A stretch of 17,434 bases of DNA from a virus (lineage: Duplodnaviria > Heunggongvirae > Uroviricota > Caudoviricetes): positions 1 to 17,434 of IMG/VR virus record IMGVR_UViG_2671180606_000003; one strand, given 5' to 3'. Below, piece by piece: positions 1-7,386 of the stretch; position 1 is the stretch's first letter, and each line of letters opens with the position of its first letter. Position numbers and translations under genes: made by a program. The notes under the pieces are model-generated. The model did no database searches. It saw only the letters and a list, made by a program, of their open reading frames with translations, and was not told the origin of the DNA.

Positions 1-483
1 ATGACGAAGAAAAAAGCACATAAACTTGGTTCAGCGACCATCGCGCTTAACAAGCGCGCCCGTCACGAATACTTTATCGAAGAAGAGTTCGAAGCGGGAC
101 TTGCCCTGCAAGGCTGGGAGGTTAAATCCCTGCGCGCAGGAAAAGCCAATATCAGCGACAGCTACGTCCTTCTGCGTGACGGAGAGGCATTTCTGTTTGG
201 CGCTAACATCACGCCAATGGCCGTGGCCTCCACGCATGTGGTGTGCGATCCTACCCGTACCCGCAAGTTACTTCTCAACCAGCGCGAACTGGACTCATTG
301 TACGGTCGCGTCAATCGAGAAGGCTATACCGTAGTGGCGCTCTCCCTATACTGGAAAAATGCCTGGTGCAAAGTGAAAATCGGCGTCGCCAAAGGTAAGA
401 AACAGCACGATAAACGTTCAGACATCAAAGAACGCGAATGGCAGGTGGATAAAGCGCGTATCATGAAAAACGCCCACCGTTAA
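1..483 (+). CDS. smpB: SsrA-binding protein SmpB
   Basis: Full-length 160-aa ORF; the translation (MTKKKAHK...[72 protein letters not shown]...) matches enterobacterial SmpB as I recall it, and it sits directly upstream of ssrA as in E. coli. Confidence 0.96.
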   Translation: MTKKKAHKLGSATIALNKRARHEYFIEEEFEAGLALQGWEVKSLRAGKANISDSYVLLRDGEAFLFGANITPMAVASTHVVCDPTRTRKLLLNQRELDSLYGRVNREGYTVVALSLYWKNAWCKVKIGVAKGKKQHDKRSDIKEREWQVDKARIMKNAHR

Positions 484-645
484 ACCTGTAGTCCAATTAT
501 TGACCAGTTCCTCACCGCGCCTCCCTCTCCGGCGGCGCGAATGAACATCTTATTGGCTATCACATCCGACACAAATGTTGCCATCCCATTGCTTAATCGA
601 ATAAAAATCAGGCTACATGGGTGCTAAATCTTTAATGATAACGCC

Positions 646-690
646 ATTGAGGCTGGTCATGGCGCTCATAAATCTGGTATACTTACCGTT
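646..690 (+). promoter_or_regulatory. Candidate ssrA promoter region (-10-like 'TATACT' at 678-683)
   Basis: AT-rich stretch just upstream of the tmRNA 5' end with a -10-like hexamer; no convincing -35 found and the transcription start is not determinable from sequence alone. Confidence 0.3.
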
Positions 691-697
691 ACACATT

Positions 698-1060
698 GGG
701 GCTGATTCTGGATTCGACGGGATTTGCGAAACCCAAGGTGCATGCCGAGGGGCGGTTGGCCTCGTAAAAAGCCGCAAAAAATAGTCGCAAACGACGAAAA
801 CTACGCTTTAGCAGCTTAATAACCTGCTTAGAGCCCTCTCTCCCTAGCCTCCGCTCTTAGGACGGGGATCAAGAGAGGTCAAACCCAAAAGAGATCGCGT
901 GGAAGCCCTGCCTGGGGTTGAAGCGTTAAAACTTAATCAGGCTAGTTTGTTAGTGGCGTGTCCGTCCGCAGCTGGCAAGCGAATGTAAAGACTGACTAAG
1001 CATGTAGTACCGAGGATGTAGGAATTTCGGACGCGGGTTCAACTCCCGCCAGCTCCACCA
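698..1060 (+). ncRNA. ssrA: tmRNA (transfer-messenger RNA, SsrA)
   Basis: Starts 'GGGGCTGATTCTGGATTCGACGGG', contains the tag-peptide reading frame 'gcaaacgacgaaaactacgctttagcagcttaa' (ANDENYALAA-stop) and ends with the tRNA-like 3' end '...GGTTCAACTCCCGCCAGCTCCACCA'; 363 nt. Confidence 0.97.
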
Positions 1061-1070
1061 AATAAATCAA

Positions 1071-1103
1071 GGGGTTACGTGAAAGCGTAGCCCCTTTTTC
1101 TTT
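1071..1103 (+). terminator. Rho-independent terminator downstream of ssrA (probably prophage-supplied)
   Basis: 9-bp stem 'ggggttacg'/'cgtagcccc' (one G-U pair) with loop 'tgaaag', followed by 'tttttcttt'. Confidence 0.55.
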
Positions 1104-1118
1104 GGTAGTGGCGGCAAA

Positions 1119-1157
1119 ATGGCGACAGACTATTGCGTCCATCTTGCCTGTCGCCAT
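1119..1157. repeat. Perfect 10-bp inverted repeat ('atggcgacag' ... 'ctgtcgccat', 19-nt spacer) upstream of the 1184 ORF
   Basis: Read directly from the sequence at 1119-1128 and 1148-1157; about 30 nt upstream of the ORF start, so a candidate operator or recombinase/IHF-arm site. Confidence 0.6.
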
Positions 1158-1183
1158 CTTGAAATCATGCAAAGAGGTTTCAC

Positions 1184-1666
1184 ATGGAAGAACTTCACTT
1201 TGTTTACATCAATGCAAATGGTCGTATCGGTGTTCACTCAATACAGAGCATCAGTTATAGCGAAAATCATATACAGGGCATTTGTAAGAACACCGATCGA
1301 ATAAAAACCTTCCGAAAAGACCGCATTCTTAAACAGTACGATTCACCAGAACAAGCCATTCAGGAATGCGCGTCATTCCTCCCCGAAAACTACTCACATC
1401 TCACTAAGCAGTCTGGTCCGAAAAAAAATACATTCGATGTGTGTTTCACCGGATTTAAGAAAGCAGATAAAGAAAGATTGGTTGATAAGGCGAATGAACA
1501 AGGATTAACGGTAAGAGCCTCTGTAACCCAAAGCCTTCAGATGCTCTGTTGCGGTTACAATGCAGGCCCATCGAAAGTATCGGCAGCCAGGATGAAAGGC
1601 ACGATCATCATAGATGAGCCTGGCTTTATACATTTTCTTGAAACGGGTGAGATCCCAGATGAATAA
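1184..1666 (+). CDS. Cargo protein with a C-terminal BRCT-like domain (160 aa), function unknown
   Basis: ATG with upstream 'agagg' RBS. The C-terminal approx. 75 aa (FDVCFTGFKKADKERLVDKANEQGLTVRASVTQS...AARMKGTIIIDEPGFIHFLETG) follow the BRCT pattern seen at the C-terminus of NAD-dependent DNA ligases. The N-terminal approx. 75 aa carry a 'TFRKDRI' motif weakly reminiscent of WYL-type regulators. Lies between the att/ssrA junction and ogr. Confidence 0.7.
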   Translation: MEELHFVYINANGRIGVHSIQSISYSENHIQGICKNTDRIKTFRKDRILKQYDSPEQAIQECASFLPENYSHLTKQSGPKKNTFDVCFTGFKKADKERLVDKANEQGLTVRASVTQSLQMLCCGYNAGPSKVSAARMKGTIIIDEPGFIHFLETGEIPDE

Positions 1667-1694
1667 AAACCTGCCGTAGCAGGTTCTCTTTCTC
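1662..1694. terminator. Candidate bidirectional terminator between the convergent BRCT gene and ogr
   Basis: Hairpin 'aacctgc'-cgta-'gcaggtt' flanked by an A-run upstream and a T-rich run downstream. Confidence 0.45.
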
Positions 1695-1911
1695 AGAAAT
1701 TCATATGCCCCTGACCACCTGGCAATGGATGTGGAGGAGCAGTAGCAATCAGTGCGGGTGTCACAATAAACCGGACCACTGTTTCATGGGTAACAAAAGT
1801 GCTCCCGCAGTTAATATTTTGGCACTGGCAGTAACGCTCTTTGGTGCTTTCAGTTACTTGAAAACTGCTCCTTGTGTGTGCCGCATGACCACACTTTGGA
1901 CAATTCATCAT
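1693..1911 (-). CDS. ogr: Ogr/Delta-family zinc-finger late-gene transcription activator
   Basis: Translation contains 'MNCPKCGHAAHTRSS...TKERYCQCQNINCGSTF...HPLPGGQ', the C4 zinc-finger signature of P2 Ogr. Start placed at the internal Met pair giving approx. 72 aa; the six-frame ORF extends to 1956. Confidence 0.85.
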   Translation of the reverse strand: MMNCPKCGHAAHTRSSFQVTESTKERYCQCQNINCGSTFVTHETVVRFIVTPALIATAPPHPLPGGQGHMNF

Positions 1912-1979
1912 ATCCAGATCCCTACCTTTGCTATCAGAATCATTGCAATGATACACAAAATATCAATATTGAGAACACA

Positions 1980-3080
1980 TTATTCCATTTCAAGATCACT
2001 TATCCTCACTTCGAGTTCAATGCTGGTTGTAAAACCGTTATCCGGGCTGACGGTATGTGTCAGGGTGGTAATGGTCCATTCCGCATCATCTATCGGCTGT
2101 TTAAAGCCACTGACTTTCACTGGCATTTCCGTGTAGAGATCTGCCCGCCCTTCCGCCAGTTGTAGCAAGAATGCCGCAACACCGCGTTGCAGACGTTCCC
2201 ACTGCATTTTCGCCGCTCGTTCGGCGTTGCTCCGGTTGGCATAAGTGCGATTAAGTACCAGCACGTTTTCATCCGTACCCACCAGGTAATCGCCCTGCTT
2301 CGCTTCCGGCTCTTTCTTCTGCTTCTTAGTCCTGCGCTTACGCTTCACCGTGGTGCTTTCTTTCTTCGCGGGTTCGCGGGTATGCAACCAGCTGGCAATT
2401 ACGCCCGTATAGGCTCCGCGATCTGCCAGGGTAAAGCGGTGACTGTCGCCGTCCTTACGCGTGATAGTGATCACCGGCAGTGGTTTACCGCTGGCGCTTT
2501 TGCCCTGTCCCTGCCGGATGAATAACAGATTGCCATTTTTCACCGACGCAATAGCACCGTACTGGCGCGCCAGCCGCATCAGAAAACTGCCGTCACTCTC
2601 ATTAGTCTGGTCTATATGTTCCACGGGCTTATCCGACAGGTCATTACCCAGTGCCATCTTCAGCTTGTGACGCGCGGCTATTTCCTTGACCACTTCCCCG
2701 ACAGTGGTCTTGTGCCACGACTTTTCACGGCGGGTATTCAGCGTTTCACGAAAATCAGCACTTCGCGCCCGGATAGTCAGGCGGTCCGGTGCGCCAGTGT
2801 GTTCAATCTCGTCCACCGTGAATGCCCCTTTCGGGAAAAGCGGCTGCCCCTTCCAGCCCAGCGCCAGCGTAATGACCGCACCACGGCGCGGCAGCGCTAT
2901 TTTTCCATCGGCGTCGTCCAGCTCCAGATCAAGCTGGTCCGCTTCAAAGCCCCGGTTATCCGTCAGCGTCAGCCTCATCAGGCGGTTATCCAGCACAGTG
3001 GTGATATCCCTGCCCTCAATACTGATGCTGAATGCGGGAGTTTTGTTGCCTTTGTTAAGCAGTTCAGAGCTGAAATTCAC
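1980..3080 (-). CDS. D: P2-family tail protein D (gpD)
   Basis: 366-aa ORF immediately downstream of U with an ATGA start/stop overlap; size and position (last late gene before ogr) match P2/186 gpD. Confidence 0.88.
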   Translation of the reverse strand: MNFSSELLNKGNKTPAFSISIEGRDITTVLDNRLMRLTLTDNRGFEADQLDLELDDADGKIALPRRGAVITLALGWKGQPLFPKGAFTVDEIEHTGAPDRLTIRARSADFRETLNTRREKSWHKTTVGEVVKEIAARHKLKMALGNDLSDKPVEHIDQTNESDGSFLMRLARQYGAIASVKNGNLLFIRQGQGKSASGKPLPVITITRKDGDSHRFTLADRGAYTGVIASWLHTREPAKKESTTVKRKRRTKKQKKEPEAKQGDYLVGTDENVLVLNRTYANRSNAERAAKMQWERLQRGVAAFLLQLAEGRADLYTEMPVKVSGFKQPIDDAEWTITTLTHTVSPDNGFTTSIELEVRISDLEME

Positions 3081-3562
3081 GACAGCAGCCCTCCCACCGT
3101 TTTACTGATATCACTTAAGGCAGATGTTGCCGTGTCCTGCAGATTATTCAGTTGCGTACTGAGATCACCGAACATATCGGACAGGGATTCATCCACCCGT
3201 TTGAGCGACAGGGTGAACTCAATCCGCCGCGGCATACCGTCGCGGAAAAACTCCGTTTTAGTCAGATTCAGTCCCTCAATCACATACATGCCGTAAATCG
3301 TGCCGCTGCCTTCAATCAGGGGCCATGCTTTTCCCTGTTCTGCCATCTGCTCCAGAGCCAGCAACGACAGCCTGCCGCCCGTTATCTCCGGCATAAGAAC
3401 ACCAGAAAGCGTCAGCATGTCGTTGTCCGGTCCCAGAAACTGCGTGGACGGACGACGGTTTACCCGGCTGTTTGCCGCATGTCGCCAGCTGCGTTGATAC
3501 TGCAGTTCCTGATACGGAACGGTGCGCAGCATAAACACGTACAATCCCAGCACCATCATCAT
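3077..3562 (-). CDS. U: P2-family tail protein U (gpU)
   Basis: 161-aa ORF between the tape-measure remnant and D, the P2 order T-U-D-ogr; size matches gpU (approx. 159 aa). Confidence 0.85.
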   Translation of the reverse strand: MMMVLGLYVFMLRTVPYQELQYQRSWRHAANSRVNRRPSTQFLGPDNDMLTLSGVLMPEITGGRLSLLALEQMAEQGKAWPLIEGSGTIYGMYVIEGLNLTKTEFFRDGMPRRIEFTLSLKRVDESLSDMFGDLSTQLNNLQDTATSALSDISKTVGGLLS

Positions 3563-4479
3563 GCGTCGTATCCCCCCTGATCGCTGTAGTTACTCCTGGC
3601 TTTTGCCTTCAGCCTGCGTTCACGTTCATCAAGCTGGCGTGCCACCTCCCGCGCAATATCCTGCGCACTTTGTCCTGGCTGCATCTGAATGATGATCTGC
3701 GTCGGTGCCTCAATCCTGTAAACGGGCGGCACAGTGGCTGCACGACTCACCATCGCTTCGCCGCCTTTCGCGGGAAGTGCCAAAGGATGCAACGGTGGAA
3801 GCTCTGCAGGCGCGGCAGCAACGCCCATCATTCCGGCAACAACGGCAGCCAGTGCAGCTGTATTTCTCCGGCTGGTCACATTTGCCGGGCCGTTAACAAT
3901 TTCCGGCCCGTTTTCACCGACGATGCCAAACTGCCCGCGCGGGATATAGCCGCCGCTGTCATACATCCCCGCAAAGCCATATCCCCATGACGGAAAACCA
4001 CCCGATGGCATCATCACTTTACCGTTTGTATTCACCGTCGCAGGTTGCTGACGCGTCACACTTTCCGGTAGTTTCGCCTTTGCGGCCTCTTTACTGACAA
4101 CGCCGAGTTTCTCCAGCAACCAGGAAACGCCGGATTTCAGGGAGTCCAGCGGATGCATGACCATATTCAGCCCTTCCGCCAGTGCCTCCCCGAATCGCCG
4201 CCCCATTGCCGCTGCACTCTGCAGTTCGGCAGAGGTTGACTTAACGGGCGTCAGCAGATCAGTAAACCAGCCCCACAGCGCCTGTACTTTGTCGCCAATC
4301 CACTGGAACACGGGCTTAAGCGGTTCGAATGCTGCACTGACGGGACCTGCCGCCGCTTTGAATCCTTCCACCACGCCACCAAGAAATGCGGTGATGGGTT
4401 GCCAGTATTTCCAGACAACCAGCGCCACGCCCGCCAGTGCAGTAACCACAAGACCTATCGGACTGAGCAGAGCACCTAC
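3559..4479 (-). pseudogene. T: Tail tape-measure protein (gpT), C-terminal fragment only
   Basis: Open frame of approx. 300 codons directly upstream of U, Gly/Ala-rich tape-measure-like C-terminus. P2 gpT is approx. 815 aa, but here the frame is closed by an in-frame stop at 4480-4482 and abuts an opposite-strand gene, so the N-terminal two-thirds are deleted. Confidence 0.7.
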
Positions 4480-4501
4480 CTACTGGTTTGTGCAATACGG
4501 C

Positions 4502-5092
4502 ATGACTACACAGCCGTATCAGTTCACGAAAGGCAGCATTTTTCACCTGATGGAACCGGATATCAACCAGGAGATCTACGGCCTGCCCGGTTATCTTTCT
4601 GCCATTCCGTCAGCCCTGCTCAACGAGTCCGCCACGCTGTTCCGCCGCAAGTATTACATTAACGGCAGCCACGCAGGCTTCATCATGTACATGACCGACG
4701 CCGCGCAGAATCAGGAGGATGTGAACAACCTCCGCAACGCGATGAAAAGCGCCAAAGGTCCAGGCAACTTCCGCAACCTGTTTATGTACTCACCTAACGG
4801 CAAAAAAGACGGGCTTCAGATCATCCCATTGTCAGAAGTCGCGGCGAAGGATGAATTTCTTAACATCAAGAACGTGAGTCGGGATGACATGATGGCAGCG
4901 CACCGCGTGCCGCCGCAAATGATGGGGATTATGCCGAATAATGTTGGGGGGTTTGGGGATGTGGAAAAGGCAAGCCGTGTATTCGTCCGAAATGAGCTAA
5001 TGCCACTACAAAAGCGATTACAGGAGATGAATGATTGGCTTGGCAAGGAGGCGATACAGTTTAATACCTACTCACTAGATATAGTCCCATAA
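4502..5092 (+). pseudogene. Q: Probable portal protein (gpQ-like) C-terminal fragment
   Basis: First in-frame ATG after the deletion junction; the upstream part of the six-frame ORF (4157-4501) is antisense to the tape-measure remnant. Strand and position (C-terminus pointing toward the cos-side region) fit P2 gene Q; the translation has a phage-portal-like flavour, unverified. Confidence 0.45.
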
Positions 5093-5095
5093 TAA

Positions 5096-5125
5096 GAAAA
5101 GCCACCGTTTGGTGGCTTTTCTTCA
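5096..5125. terminator. Bidirectional rho-independent terminator
   Basis: 'aaaagccacc'-gttt-'ggtggctttt': perfect 10-bp stem with A-run and T-run flanks, between the stop at 5092 (+) and the stop at 5127 (-). Confidence 0.65.
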
Positions 5126-5126
5126 T

Positions 5127-5867
5127 TTACTCAATAGGTTCAAACTCATCCTGAGGAATCAGCGTCGATTGACAGGCTTGGCTTAGTACTCCTGATAATT
5201 TACATAATAACCGATAGTTATGAGGAGCATCATCGCTAATCTTTTCGACCGTTAAAGTGATTGATTTTGGATCATCCAATAACATCTTCTTGATATCATT
5301 ACTTAAATACCTAGGGCAGTAACCAACGATTTCAGCTGGTTTATCTGCACGAACGACAACAGCATCCCCATCGTATTCATTTTGAAGATCCAAGCAAAGA
5401 CGCAAAATTTGCCCCGGTTTCAATTCAGATACACGAGCATTAGCTAAGCTATTTAAGTAACCAAGTCCATGTAAGAAGAAAAAATGCTCAAAGTTACCAT
5501 CAGAATCAACATCAATTTTTTTGAAAATCTGCAGCTGATCAGTGCTTCGTAAGCCTCCCGAGCGAGCAAGAATATCGATAGGATTTACCTTATCTTCTTC
5601 AAATCCAAGCCATTTAATGAAACTCGGATACTCTGGACGTCTCGGTGATAAAAGGCGATTTTTAAAAAGAGGAAACAATTCTTCCGAAACATAAGTTTCA
5701 CGAACATCACTCATGCCGCTAAACTTTGTAAATTTAGTAGATTTAAGAGCACCTTTGGTATACCTGAAAACATACCCCGATTTGCGCTCTTGCAAGTTAC
5801 CAACAACATGCCAGTCTCTGGTATCTGGTGCCTGCCATGCGACGTAAACGGAGTTTGTATTAGTCAT
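5127..5867 (-). CDS. HipA-N-terminal-like (HipS-like) module fused to a C-terminal HIRAN domain (246 aa)
   Basis: Start overlaps the kinase stop in an ATGA. The N-terminal approx. 110 aa (VYVAWQ...VVGNL...YVFRY...LFPLFKNRLLSP...IDILARSGGLRS) resemble the HipA N-terminal subdomain / HipS. The C-terminal approx. 110 aa (HGLGYLNS...LKPGQILRLCLDLQNEYDGDAVVVRADKPAEIVGYCPRYLSNDIKKMLLDD...ITLTVEKI) match the HIRAN pattern as in the HLTF N-terminus. Confidence 0.8.
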   Translation of the reverse strand: MTNTNSVYVAWQAPDTRDWHVVGNLQERKSGYVFRYTKGALKSTKFTKFSGMSDVRETYVSEELFPLFKNRLLSPRRPEYPSFIKWLGFEEDKVNPIDILARSGGLRSTDQLQIFKKIDVDSDGNFEHFFFLHGLGYLNSLANARVSELKPGQILRLCLDLQNEYDGDAVVVRADKPAEIVGYCPRYLSNDIKKMLLDDPKSITLTVEKISDDAPHNYRLLCKLSGVLSQACQSTLIPQDEFEPIE

Positions 5868-6778
5868 TCTAGTAACCTTCTGCGATTTTCCATTACCATT
5901 AACGTTGCAAATCTACGTGCACTGTCGGATATACACGATGAAGGCACTTGGTTAAACACATCTGTAATGGAATCTTCTGTTAAAACGCTCAACTTACCTA
6001 ACCAATGGTCGCGAGCGGCAACTCTCCCTTCAACTGCATGTTGAAATGCTTCAACGGTCAGCAAGGGCTTTTTATCAGTTTTTGCTTTGAATAGCTCAGA
6101 GCGAGCTTTTCTTACAAAACATGGGATTTGTCGATTTTTATCTTTAGTATTAAGCCGTTCGTTACGCTCATCATCTAACATCTCCCTTCCTAAACTAGCG
6201 GCATGATCGTATGTTGGACACAAAAACTGCTCACCAGTTTCATTGTTAAGCATGATCGCCCAATTTTCATGATGGCGATCTTGATTACTCACAAGTGCAT
6301 CGAGCATCAAATATCCACAAAATACATCTGCTGCATTTAGCCCGGTTAGATCATATACACTCGGAGGAGGCTTGATAGATTCCCTATCCAAACAACCCAA
6401 TACCCTTGTGACAGTGTGTTCTCTGACCCTTACCGGCTTTTCCCCGGCTTGTAAAGGCCCAGGATAATCGAATGTCGAACTGTGAAGCACTTCATTTCCC
6501 ATTACCATCCGGAAACCAGATGGAATGATATTCTGAGTCACCACACCGAATCGACCATTGTATCGCGCCAAATCATAGCTAGCATGTGGAATGTTAAGCA
6601 AATGACATAACTCAGCAGCACACTTTTCAGACCAATGCTCGCCAGTACCTGGCCTAGAGTACTTAAACAACTGCAAATTTACAGTGTCATCGGAGAAATA
6701 GAACCAAAACTTCTCTTTGGTTCCTAACTGTTCAAGATCGTTAGCTACGGGGCTAAGCTCTACCAATTGGTATGGCAT
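5864..6778 (-). CDS. HipA-family (HipT/CtkA-like) Ser/Thr kinase core domain (304 aa)
   Basis: P-loop-like 'GTKEKFW' (compare HipA 'GAQEKTAL') and catalytic-loop 'LVSNQDRHHENWAIM' (compare HipA 'IGATDGHAKNFSV'); lacks the HipA N-terminal subdomain. RBS-like 'aggga' 7 nt upstream of the ATG. AT-rich relative to the phage backbone. Confidence 0.85.
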   Translation of the reverse strand: MPYQLVELSPVANDLEQLGTKEKFWFYFSDDTVNLQLFKYSRPGTGEHWSEKCAAELCHLLNIPHASYDLARYNGRFGVVTQNIIPSGFRMVMGNEVLHSSTFDYPGPLQAGEKPVRVREHTVTRVLGCLDRESIKPPPSVYDLTGLNAADVFCGYLMLDALVSNQDRHHENWAIMLNNETGEQFLCPTYDHAASLGREMLDDERNERLNTKDKNRQIPCFVRKARSELFKAKTDKKPLLTVEAFQHAVEGRVAARDHWLGKLSVLTEDSITDVFNQVPSSCISDSARRFATLMVMENRRRLLE

Positions 6779-6937
6779 CTGACATCCCTGTTTAGCGGAT
6801 TATGAATAAGTTAGGTTCCATTTTATCCAAACATTGTCAAATACTCTAAGATTTATTAGATGATAGAGCGATACTGTATGCATGTCCAGCAATCAAATCA
6901 ATATATAACTCTTATATGACTTAGCGCGCGCTCGTAT

Positions 6938-6956
6938 CCCCGCCACGCCTGCCCGC
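6938..6956 (-). other. Possible degenerate cos-site remnant
   Basis: The minus strand reads 'GGCGTGGCGGGGATACGAG'; the first 12 nt equal the start of the 19-nt 186 cohesive end as I recall it (GGCGTGGCGGGGAAAGCAT), about 15/19 overall. Relies on a remembered cos sequence. Confidence 0.3.
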
Positions 6957-7386
6957 TTTGTGTAGTGGTTTTCATGCAGTTGCATAACATAAGCAAAAGC
7001 CCGTCAGAACTGGCAGGCTTCGACATAAACGATCCACTAGCGATCATTCATTTTCATGCAGCATAGGTATGCACCAGAGTTACTTTGAGGTGCAATGGAT
7101 GATACCTACAGATTTGCTACCCAAGGTCATGCTGAAAATCTATCGCATCTGTATGATGCCGCGGACATAGCGAAATCTCCCCATGCAGTGACAAACTACT
7201 TGAGTAAATACTGTTGTGTTACCACAAGAAGAGATTTCAAAAGGAAAACAACGCTATGTTATCTAGTACATATAGCTATAAATGTCTTAATTTTAGCCAA
7301 TACATTGAATTAAATGAAAAAATACTTTAGTTTGTATACTATTTTTTAGCGTTCAAGATTATGCAATTTTTTGGAGAGAACTATAA

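Noticed and set aside
26-334. Six-frame ORFs 26-334 (+) and 31-237 (-) inside smpB
   Set aside because: Alternative-frame or antisense ORFs within a well-supported conserved gene.
490-530. 'TTGACC' hexamer after smpB as a possible ssrA -35
   Set aside because: No -10-like element at an appropriate spacing downstream; too far from the tmRNA 5' end to assign by eye.
1119-1304. 61-aa ORF beginning within the inverted repeat upstream of the BRCT gene
   Set aside because: Overlaps the start of the better-supported 160-aa ORF in another frame; the repeat is more likely regulatory.
1705-2165. ORFs 1705-2136 and 1872-2165 (+) across ogr/D
   Set aside because: Antisense to the ogr and D coding sequence; no RBS, and Cys/His-rich translations typical of wrong-frame reads.
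2187-3580. Several + strand ORFs (2187-2525, 2461-2670, 2616-3296, 2686-3108, 3152-3580, 3300-3497) over D and U
   Set aside because: All are antisense to the strongly supported tail genes D and U; Arg/Ser-rich translations typical of GC-rich antisense frames.
3670-4501. Plus-strand ORFs over the tape-measure remnant, including the 5' 345 nt of ORF 4157-5092
   Set aside because: Antisense to the tape-measure reading frame; only the segment downstream of the deletion junction (from the ATG at 4502) is treated as a gene remnant.
4251-5046. Minus-strand ORFs 4251-4451, 4316-4546 and 4816-5046, and plus-strand 4399-4662
   Set aside because: Alternative frames overlapping the T and Q remnants with no independent support.
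5790-6044. ORF 5790-6044 (+) inside the kinase operon
   Set aside because: Antisense to the kinase and partner genes across their coupled junction.
7095-7313. 72-aa ORF in the intergenic region upstream of the 322-aa gene
   Set aside because: No RBS, AT-rich promoter-like context, and a translation of low plausibility; more likely regulatory DNA.
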